Origin: Thermoplasmatota archaeon
GTDB taxonomy: Archaea; Thermoplasmatota; Thermoplasmata; GCA-020350865; JAUVCJ01
Assembly (NCBI GenBank): GCA_030595765.1
Contig: JAUVCJ010000008.1
Coordinates: 1-23,701 of the forward strand
Direction: 5' to 3'
DNA: 23,701 nt
Shown here: piece after piece, positions 1-6,866 of the stretch
Layout: every line of letters starts with the position of its first letter
Position numbering within the stretch: position 1 is the stretch's first letter
The notes under the pieces: generated by a model
Told to the model about the DNA's origin: nothing
The model's input: the letters and a program-made list of their open reading frames with translations, nothing else
The model's database searches: none
Translations under genes and position numbers: made by a program

Positions 1-170
1 CTGGCTTCAATGGGGCCACGCCTTTTCAGACATGGATGCATCACCACGATCCGAAATTTCCCATCTATTCATCCATTGGCTCTCGTGCCTCATCCTCCCT
101 GGCTCATTATGTTCGCCTGGTTCGGACAGTCCCCGAACCGATATGGGTGTGTATTACCAGAAATGTATTT

Positions 171-1025
171 TTACTCAATCAAATGGCCTTTTTTCTTTCC
201 TATTCGCTTGGTGCCCTCAGGGACATTTTGAAAATTCTCGGAGCTAACGACACGATCTCCAATTTTCCTCTCCAAATCAGTACGGGCACTCCCTGCAACA
301 GCTCCACCCTCCCGGGCAGCAGCCTTGTTCTCTTCAAAGCCCTGCGCATCATGCTTTCTGGTGATCTCAGTGGTAGCTGCCTCGCCCAGCATTGTAAATA
401 TAAGCTCAAGGTCGTTCATATGGTCACGCAGGTTCTCTCGTTCAAGTCCCTTAAACTGTTTGTATTCGCTTGGGGTCAACCCAAAAGCAGCCTTTGAGAT
501 CTCAGCGGTGAGTATTGAAAATTCCAACTTTTGTTCGACACCTCTCTCACCCCACTCATCAGTAAGCTCGTTCCTGACTGCGATCCCTCTGCTCCTTTTT
601 TCAATCCAGCTATCAGAATACCCTTTTGCGCGATAGGTCTCCTTCATGCGCTCCATCGCAAGCTCCGGATTCTCGATCTCCTGTATACGCTCGTAACCGA
701 TTTGCGCAAGCCAACGTTTGAATGGCTCCGCCCTCTTTGAGGGAATGGACTGAATGATGCGAAACATCGTCTCGGTATTCGCGCAATCTGTCATACGTTG
801 TTTTCCATCAGGTGCGAGCAATTTCAACTGTCCGATATTTTCGGACACTTCATCATATCCTTCAGCAATAAGCTTCTTTTTGAGGTCGTTCCAGTACTTA
901 CGTGGTCTATCACCACTAACCAATATATCAACGATATCAACAACCGAGAAGAACCACTGCTCCTCGTGCCACGTCCGGCGAATATTCTTCCCTTGGAAGA
1001 CAACCATCGCATCCTTGGAGTTCAT
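171..1025 (-). CDS. Bro-N domain protein with DinD-like (DNA-damage-inducible protein D family) C-terminal region
   Basis: 284-aa ORF. N-terminal stretch FQGKNIRRTWHEEQWFFSVVDIVDIL matches the Bro-N/antirepressor consensus (F.g..iR...dge.WF.a.Dv..iL). The middle region, KRWLAQIGYERIQEI...KGYSDSWIEKRSRGIAVRNELTDEW, matches the conserved DinD-family C-terminal pattern. Called from motifs by eye. Confidence 0.75.
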   Translation of the reverse strand: MNSKDAMVVFQGKNIRRTWHEEQWFFSVVDIVDILVSGDRPRKYWNDLKKKLIAEGYDEVSENIGQLKLLAPDGKQRMTDCANTETMFRIIQSIPSKRAEPFKRWLAQIGYERIQEIENPELAMERMKETYRAKGYSDSWIEKRSRGIAVRNELTDEWGERGVEQKLEFSILTAEISKAAFGLTPSEYKQFKGLERENLRDHMNDLELIFTMLGEAATTEITRKHDAQGFEENKAAAREGGAVAGSARTDLERKIGDRVVSSENFQNVPEGTKRIGKKKGHLIE

Positions 1026-1411
1026 GGCGAGTCACCCGGAACATTGCTTGGGACGAAGAGGCCCAGGCCAAAGTAATTTGCTTCACGGAAAAAATGCTCA
1101 TATTTTCTCTCACTCATGAAATAACCCCCTCTGATATGTGCTATCTGTAAATACAATTCCCGCTAGATAGTCTTTGCTAGGGGGGTGAGTGAAAGCACTA
1201 GTGCAGTGAAGTGCTATGCTTCCAAAATTCTTCCAAAGTGTCAGCATTTGCCAGGGAATAGGGCATGTAAACAATGACCGACAGTCTCTCGGTTTTAATG
1301 GTAGATGTGCATAATGCTGTAGAAGTTTTTGAAAGCCAAAATAAAATCGCCACACCCTTAAATATTCTTTCAGCCTTACTAGTTCTTGGTTGCTGAAGAA
1401 GGTATGGAACA

Positions 1412-2191
1412 ATGAAATGCTTGACATGTGGAACCCGAATGAAGCAGGACGTGATTGAAGGGGTAGAGATTGACCATTGCATCAACTGTGGCGGGGTATG
1501 GTTGGATGGTGGGGAATTGGAGTCCTTGACAGGGCATTCATTGGTGGCCTACCGTGAACTGGGGTGTCCAACATGCCATCAATTACTACTGACCAGGATG
1601 ATCGGAACCGTTGAAGTGGATTACTGCAAGAAATGTGGCGGCACCTGGCTTGACAAGGGAGAGCTTGAGGGAATTTCCAATATAGACTCCAAAGAAGGAG
1701 GGGTCAAGTTGGCATTCAACAAGTTCAAGGATTCAGTTGCCAGCGCCAGGAACCTGGAAATTGCTAGAATGGGAGAGGACATAAAGAAGAAAGGGACTGG
1801 CACCATGCTAATAGACGACGTCTTCATCATGTACAAAGACGGGCTTCTCATTACCTGCAGCACAAAGCACCTATCACCTGGTATCGATGAGGACATACTT
1901 GCTGGCACGCTGGTTGCGATCCAGGACTTTGTGAGAGTATCTTTTGGCAGATTGGGAGATTCCACACTTCAGGCCATCAAATTTGGAGACAAACAGATCC
2001 TGCTTGAAAGGGGCGAGCACCTCATCACGGCAATGGTAGTTTCTGGAGATGTGCCAGAACAGATCCGAGACAGGCTTAAGGATGTGATCGGCAACATCGA
2101 GAAAAAGTTTGGAGACCACCTTAATGAATGGGATGGGAACCTAAATGACCTAGAAGGTGTAGGTGAGATAGTAAACCATATATTCGATTGA
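1412..2191 (+). CDS. Two tandem zf-TFIIB-type zinc-ribbon modules fused to a Roadblock/LC7-like C-terminal domain
   Basis: 259-aa ORF starting at ATG 1412. Two copies of C-x2-C...D-(H/Y)-C-x2-C-GG-(V/T)-W-L-D-x-G-E-L-E (CLTCG...DHCINCGGVWLDGGELE and CPTCH...DYCKKCGGTWLDKGELE), the YfgJ/PF13453-like zinc-ribbon signature. Residues ~130-230 (VFIMYKDGLLITCS...DILAGTLVAIQDFVRVSF...LQAIKFGDKQILLERGEHLITAMVVSGD) show a beta-alpha-beta pattern resembling Roadblock/LC7 (MglB-like) domains. Confidence 0.75.
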   Translation: MKCLTCGTRMKQDVIEGVEIDHCINCGGVWLDGGELESLTGHSLVAYRELGCPTCHQLLLTRMIGTVEVDYCKKCGGTWLDKGELEGISNIDSKEGGVKLAFNKFKDSVASARNLEIARMGEDIKKKGTGTMLIDDVFIMYKDGLLITCSTKHLSPGIDEDILAGTLVAIQDFVRVSFGRLGDSTLQAIKFGDKQILLERGEHLITAMVVSGDVPEQIRDRLKDVIGNIEKKFGDHLNEWDGNLNDLEGVGEIVNHIFD

Positions 2192-2269
2192 GATCAAAAG
2201 TCAGAACAATAGTCGAAGGTCAAGAAAGATTCTGCCAAAGTTATAGTCAAGAACCAATCATATTTGAGA

Positions 2270-3262
2270 CTAAAAGAGGCGGCTCCTTATGACCTCTTTT
2301 TCCCTTACTGCCACGAATTCAACAAGCCTTTCCTTGATAGTGTCAATACCTTTGTGTTCAGTGCAGGATATGGATAGGTTCGGGCTATCCCGCTCAAGTA
2401 TGTCGCTCTTGTTTTCCATGATCCATTGTGGTATCCGAGAAAATCCCTGTTGAAGCTCAGCCATAAGGCTCTCCTGCTGCTCCATTGTAAAGCCGCATTC
2501 TTCACTGGGGTCTAACAAGAATATAATCAAGTTAGCAAGATGCTCCATTGCATAAATGGCCTGCTTCTCGATGGGGTTTCTCTTCTCAAGAGGGCGGTCA
2601 AGCAACCCAGGGGTATCGATTAGTATCATGCCAAGCCTGCCCAGCTCCATATGGCCCAGCAAAATCTTCTTGGTTGTGAAAGGATAGCTTGCAACTGCAG
2701 GTTTTCCTGTTGATAATATCTTGACAAGCTGTGACTTCCCAACATTGGGAAACCCTGCTATTACGACTATGGTCTTGTTCAAGTCCACTGATGGAATGGC
2801 TTTCAATGTTCTTCTTGCACTGTCGAGAAATACCAGGTCCTTGGATATCTGATGAACAAGCGATGACATCCTTCCATAAGAACCACGTAGCACCTCTATC
2901 TGCTCCTTCGAGCCAGGTACATTCCTAATCTTCTCGATGCTTTCCCTGGACACTCGTAAAACAGAATGGCGGCACCATTTTAGGGCACCCAAAGACTTCT
3001 TCATCTTGTCAATTCCAACAGTGAGGTCAGCAAGCTCCCTGTAGAATGGATGAAGATTGTTCAGGCTGGGAAACGACAGCTCGAATTTCTTTAGAGTTAC
3101 ATTGATGTTGTCAGATGCGGATTGGATCCTGGTAGGGCCGGGCTCGGTCTTTCTTGCAGCCTTTTTAAACACTTTATCCAGGATCTCATCTGCTGTGAGT
3201 ATGGTGGGTATCTGGATTGACCTCCAATCAAAGAGAGGGGTTTGGTCTAGCTGGTTCAGCAT
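2270..3262 (-). CDS. NOG1-family GTPase (archaeal Nog1 homologue)
   Basis: 330-aa ORF. G1 GFPNVGKSQ, G2/G3 FTTK...IDTPGLLDRP and G4 NKSD, followed by the NOG1-specific stretch NPIEKQAIYAMEHL...FLLDPSEECGF. The N-terminal NOG1 helical region is also present. Confidence 0.9.
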   Translation of the reverse strand: MLNQLDQTPLFDWRSIQIPTILTADEILDKVFKKAARKTEPGPTRIQSASDNINVTLKKFELSFPSLNNLHPFYRELADLTVGIDKMKKSLGALKWCRHSVLRVSRESIEKIRNVPGSKEQIEVLRGSYGRMSSLVHQISKDLVFLDSARRTLKAIPSVDLNKTIVVIAGFPNVGKSQLVKILSTGKPAVASYPFTTKKILLGHMELGRLGMILIDTPGLLDRPLEKRNPIEKQAIYAMEHLANLIIFLLDPSEECGFTMEQQESLMAELQQGFSRIPQWIMENKSDILERDSPNLSISCTEHKGIDTIKERLVEFVAVREKEVIRSRLF

Positions 3263-3370
3263 CAGTTCGGTCTATGCAAGTGTTCCGTTTAATGGTATCG
3301 AAAACGGATTGGCTACCAATTTTCGTGCTTCTCAGTGCAAATGTATTTAAATGAAAGGGACATTCGCCCA

Positions 3371-3385
3371 GAAAGGTTATATAAA
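3371..3385 (+). promoter_or_regulatory. BRE/TATA box (gaaagg TTATATAAA) about 29 bp upstream of ATG 3410; likely leaderless promoter
   Basis: TTATATAAA at 3377-3385 preceded by a purine-rich BRE-like hexamer. Spacing to ATG 3410 matches archaeal TATA-to-TSS distance. Confidence 0.4.
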
Positions 3386-3409
3386 TTCAGCTATAGGCCA
3401 GGTGTTAAT

Positions 3410-3664
3410 ATGGAGAACAATGGTAAACTCCAACCCGTATTGGAGATGTTAAATCAGCGTTATGAGAAATACCACAATATCCTCGTTACCAACGAGAGGA
3501 TAAAGAAATCACTGGGCATCACTCGTGGAAAGGCCCACAAGAAGGTAACGGAGATGTTGTACCACGAAGGAATCCTAGAACCCTATTACGAGGGTGAGGC
3601 CATTGAGGTCGCAAAGGTCTGGAAGGTCAATATCAAGAAGGTCAAGTCTGCACTTGGTCAGTGA
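3410..3664 (+). CDS. Small hypothetical protein (84 aa, no cysteines), probably leaderless and co-transcribed with the downstream methyltransferase
   Basis: ORF MENNGKLQPVLEMLNQRYEKYHNILVTNERIKKSLGITRGKAHKK... The longer ORF from 3335 overlaps the TATA box, so the internal ATG 3410 is preferred. The predicted start rests on the TATA spacing. No recognisable domain. Confidence 0.5.
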   Translation: MENNGKLQPVLEMLNQRYEKYHNILVTNERIKKSLGITRGKAHKKVTEMLYHEGILEPYYEGEAIEVAKVWKVNIKKVKSALGQ

Positions 3665-3703
3665 TTATCCATATTAGGATAAACACCCTCTAGAGGGAGC
3701 GTG

Positions 3704-4546
3704 ATGGAAAAAATGGCAGCGAGCCAGGTTGATCCCATCAAGCTCAAAACGATTGAGACCTTCGATCTCATCGCCAAGCATTTCGATTCCACAAGGCGAT
3801 ATCCATGGCCATGGACCCGGAAACTTATGGAAGGCATCAAGCCAGGTTCCCGTGTTTTGGACATGGGTTGTGGTAGCGGCCGTGACATACAATTTCTAAT
3901 CAGCAGGGGCATCAGTGCAGTAGGCCTAGATGCTTCGCGGAAACTGCTTGAGTTGGCGCATAATAAGATCGTAGATGTGAAAAGACCAGCCAATAACATG
4001 ATGGTAGGATCCATGAATGATCCCACGGCAGATGAGCAGAAAGCTTGCGACACTGCACCGACAACCCAAGGGCTCATGGGTCTGTTCCAGGCCGACCTTG
4101 AAAACCCGCCATTCATTTCTGAATCGTTCGATGCAGTGATCTGTTTTGCAGCAATCCATCACCTACCGACCAGACCAGGAAGGCTGACTGCGATCAAGAG
4201 CGCTCTTGAATGCCTCAGACCAGGTGGGGCGCTGTTCCTGTCGGTCTGGGCAAAAGAACAGGAGAAGATCCAAAAGATGATCGCAGAGTCAGAATCCAGG
4301 CATGGATCTGAGGGAGCGGCTAAGAGGTTTCAAGGGGTGGAGCTGGCAGGGAAAAATTCCCAGGTTATTCTGGAAAATGGGGGATATTGGGTGGATTGGC
4401 ACCACCAGGATGGGTCTGTTCACCAACGCTATGTATTTTTTCATGATGAGTTGGATTTTCGATCCCAGCTAGCGGATGCTACTTCGTTTTCGTGGACTTA
4501 CGAAAAGTTTGGCAACAATCACTGCGCAATCATTAATAAGGACTAG
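3704..4546 (+). CDS. Class I SAM-dependent methyltransferase, Trm9/ALKBH8-like (tRNA wobble-uridine methyltransferase family)
   Basis: Motif I VLDMGCGSGRD. Post-I GLDASRKLLELA. Motif II/III FDAVICFAAIHHLPTRPGRLTAIKSALECLRPGGALFLSVWAKEQEK, matching the Trm9 signature AviHH...R...l.PGG..li.VWA.EQE. ATG 3704 is preceded by a GAGGGAG RBS; the GTG at 3701 is an alternative. An insertion of ~35 aa (KRPANNMMVGSMNDPTADEQKACDTAPTTQGLMG) lies between motifs I and II. Confidence 0.7.
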   Translation: MEKMAASQVDPIKLKTIETFDLIAKHFDSTRRYPWPWTRKLMEGIKPGSRVLDMGCGSGRDIQFLISRGISAVGLDASRKLLELAHNKIVDVKRPANNMMVGSMNDPTADEQKACDTAPTTQGLMGLFQADLENPPFISESFDAVICFAAIHHLPTRPGRLTAIKSALECLRPGGALFLSVWAKEQEKIQKMIAESESRHGSEGAAKRFQGVELAGKNSQVILENGGYWVDWHHQDGSVHQRYVFFHDELDFRSQLADATSFSWTYEKFGNNHCAIINKD

Positions 4547-4550
4547 CCAG

Positions 4551-5450
4551 ATGGATTTAGGCGTGATAGTGAGCCCATATAGTTCTCTGGGATTGGCACT
4601 GATTTTTGTGTTCATCATACTTGGACTCAAGAAGAAGATGTACATGGTTCAATCCCTTCTTCTTGCAAATGGCGCAGTATTTTTTCTCCTCTTCCTCTAC
4701 CGTACTATTCTGCCCTTGAACGATTATATGCTGATCCACTTTGACCATGTGTTCTGGGCGGAAGGAATTGTAGCCGGATCACATCCTTATGGCTCCATTT
4801 TGTTATCGATGTTCACCCATTTCGACCCTTTACATATCATATTCAACATGGTGTTTTTACTAATCCTGGGCACTCCTTTCGAGGAAAGGGTTGGTTCAAA
4901 ACGTTTCCTTCTGATTTATCTAGTATCAGGCCTTGGCGCAGAGCTGGTATTTTCGCTCTTCAGCTTCTCGACCCCTGTCATCGGAGCATCTGGAGCTATT
5001 GCCGGGATCATCGGTGCATTTGCAGCCCTCTACCCCAGAGATGAGGTTTTCATGCCAGTCGTAGTCATACTGATGCGTGTAAAGGTCATATATGGAGCTA
5101 TGATCTATCTTGCGACCCAGATATTCTGGACCATGATGCCGGGCAACCCCGGTATTGCATATACCGCTCACCTTGGAGGCTTCTTTTTCGGGTTGTTCAT
5201 GGCTCCTCTAATTACAAAGAAAAGGGACTGGAGCCCTAAGGAGCCAGATTTTAGTGCGTTAAAGGAGCTTGCAAATGGGAAAGAGCTTCAGACCATTCTG
5301 AAAAGGATCGAAAAAGAGGATGAGCCAGAGGTGAGAAAAGCATGGCTGGAAGAGTTTGCGAACAAGAACATTTGCCCCCAGTGCATCTCGAAAATGAAGC
5401 TTGTCGGTAACTCCATTGAATGCAGCAATGGACATAGATATAGATTTTAA
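4551..5450 (+). CDS. Rhomboid-family intramembrane serine protease with a C-terminal zinc-ribbon extension
   Basis: Multi-TM protein with catalytic GASGAIAGIIGAF (GxSG) and the downstream His in AHLGGFFFGL. C-terminal cytoplasmic tail ends CPQCISKMKLVGNSIECSNGHRY (C-x2-C...C-x3-H). ATG 4551 lies 5 bp after the upstream stop. The longer ORF from 4476 overlaps the methyltransferase. Confidence 0.85.
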   Translation: MDLGVIVSPYSSLGLALIFVFIILGLKKKMYMVQSLLLANGAVFFLLFLYRTILPLNDYMLIHFDHVFWAEGIVAGSHPYGSILLSMFTHFDPLHIIFNMVFLLILGTPFEERVGSKRFLLIYLVSGLGAELVFSLFSFSTPVIGASGAIAGIIGAFAALYPRDEVFMPVVVILMRVKVIYGAMIYLATQIFWTMMPGNPGIAYTAHLGGFFFGLFMAPLITKKRDWSPKEPDFSALKELANGKELQTILKRIEKEDEPEVRKAWLEEFANKNICPQCISKMKLVGNSIECSNGHRYRF

Positions 5451-5535
5451 CAGATTGATTTAAGCAGGATTTGCAGTGGGTGATGATATGCGGATAAATG
5501 CATTATGTGCGTATCTGTGGAATATGAATTTTAGG

Positions 5536-6609
5536 TCAAAGTGGAAGTCTCTCGACCTCTAGCCGGTCTGCGGTGGGATATTCCTCGGTGATGAAGCAAT
5601 CAAAGTCCAGTAGCGGTGCCAACTCCTCCAGTACCCAAGCCGCCACCTCAAGCCGCTCCTTTTGGTCATCAACAATGGCCAGTTCCTCCGGAACATCATA
5701 CTCCTTAATGATGAATGTTCGGAGTTCTTCGGGGTTCTGGCACTCCACCACCCCCTTGACGAATGTTCCATCTTTTGTTATCAGCTCATGCGGCTTCTTG
5801 GTGTTCTCGGCTCTTCTGCAGATGCGGTTTCTCAGCTGCACACCATCTTTAAACGATGAGGAGCAAAAATGGATGGACATCTTCAGTTGTACTCCTTCCA
5901 AAACGGCTCTGGCAGTCTCCAGGCTACCCTTGACCGCATTGGTATGGTCACCCCCTGGCTCATAACCCCTAGTTCTTAGGGCCTCCCAGTTGGTATCAGA
6001 TATCTCGAACTCGTTCAGATTCAGAAATTCAACACCATTGGCATCAAGGATCTTAGCCAGCTCATGCAACTCGCTTTCCAGGCCAGGTGGAACAGGCAGC
6101 TCGAACCCCGTTGCTAGACCCTGCTTCTTAGCCGACCTTGCAAGCTCAAGGATATGGTGCTCGGAAATGCTTTTCCATTCCTCAGGAGGAAGATGGAACC
6201 TGATCTCATCCAGGCCGAACCTGGCCAGATCTGTGATGAATCGTTCGTTCTCGAAGTCAGATGTGTAGAGGTGGATATGATGCTCAGGGCCAAACTCGGT
6301 CTTGAGAAGTTCAATGTAATGAAGAACCCTATCTTCCACGCATGATGGGTTTCCTCCGGTAATGCCAGTGCCTAAGGCATCAATGAGCCTGGCTTCATTG
6401 ATCACGTCCTGGTCTGAGCTTACTTGTAACTCATTGGCATAGACAACATCTACACCCATCTTTTTCTGGGAAACTGGGCAATAATAACATCCCTGAGAAC
6501 AGAGGCCAGTAACGAAAAGTACGAGCTTTTGTCCTGGCCCGCAAGAGTAGCACCCGGTGGGTAGCGCTCCATAAAGGAGAGAGCCGTTCTCGAGGAATTT
6601 GGGTGTCAT
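5536..6609 (-). CDS. Radical SAM enzyme, PFL-activating-enzyme-related (a type common in archaea)
   Basis: C-x3-C-x2-C cluster CSQGCYYC after CYSCGPG, and a TIM-barrel-like alternating pattern. ~357 aa. The ORF extends to GTG 6642, but ATG 6609 (MTPKFLENG...) sits ~27 bp from a TATA-like TTAATAG (centre ~6636), so the leaderless start is preferred. Start is uncertain (6609, 6627 or 6642). Confidence 0.75.
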   Translation of the reverse strand: MTPKFLENGSLLYGALPTGCYSCGPGQKLVLFVTGLCSQGCYYCPVSQKKMGVDVVYANELQVSSDQDVINEARLIDALGTGITGGNPSCVEDRVLHYIELLKTEFGPEHHIHLYTSDFENERFITDLARFGLDEIRFHLPPEEWKSISEHHILELARSAKKQGLATGFELPVPPGLESELHELAKILDANGVEFLNLNEFEISDTNWEALRTRGYEPGGDHTNAVKGSLETARAVLEGVQLKMSIHFCSSSFKDGVQLRNRICRRAENTKKPHELITKDGTFVKGVVECQNPEELRTFIIKEYDVPEELAIVDDQKERLEVAAWVLEELAPLLDFDCFITEEYPTADRLEVERLPL

Positions 6610-6655
6610 GGCTTGAGCAATTACCATTATTGCTATTAACACTAACTCACAAGAT

Positions 6656-6823
6656 TCAGAATTTTCCTAAGTTAGCTATTACATCAGAATTTACCTAAGT
6701 TAGCTATTACATCGGAATTTACCTAAGCTAGCTATTACATCGGAATTTACCTAAGTTAACTATTTCATCAGGATTTTCCCAAGTTAAGAATAATATCAAG
6801 ATTTCCCTAGGTTCACTATGACA
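6656..6823. repeat. Six head-to-tail copies of a 28-bp tandem repeat (consensus TCRGAATTTACCTAAGTTAGCTATTACA), degenerating toward 6823
   Basis: Units at 6656-6683, 6684-6711, 6712-6739, 6740-6767, 6768-6795 and 6796-6823. The first three are near-identical. No spacers between units. Located in the divergent intergenic region between the radical SAM gene and the 825-aa surface-protein gene. Confidence 0.85.
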
Positions 6824-6866
6824 TCAATCCCAAATTCATTAATACCACTAGCCTTTTGGCCAGGTG

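Noticed and set aside
116-140. Hairpin GGTTCGG-ACAGTCC-CCGAACC just downstream of the Bro-N/DinD-like gene stop; candidate terminator
   Set aside because: It is only a 7-bp stem with no following oligo-T tract on the transcribed strand. That is too weak to call.
36-497. Plus-strand ORFs at the left edge (10-231, 32-247, 36-497, 325-636)
   Set aside because: They are low-complexity Ser/Leu/Pro-rich translations lying antisense to the well-supported Bro-N/DinD-like gene. They have no motifs or start context, so they are antisense artefacts.
6656-6823. Possible CRISPR array
   Set aside because: The units are directly contiguous with no spacers, and the repeats degenerate progressively, which CRISPR arrays do not do. 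There is no leader or cas context. It is a plain tandem repeat.
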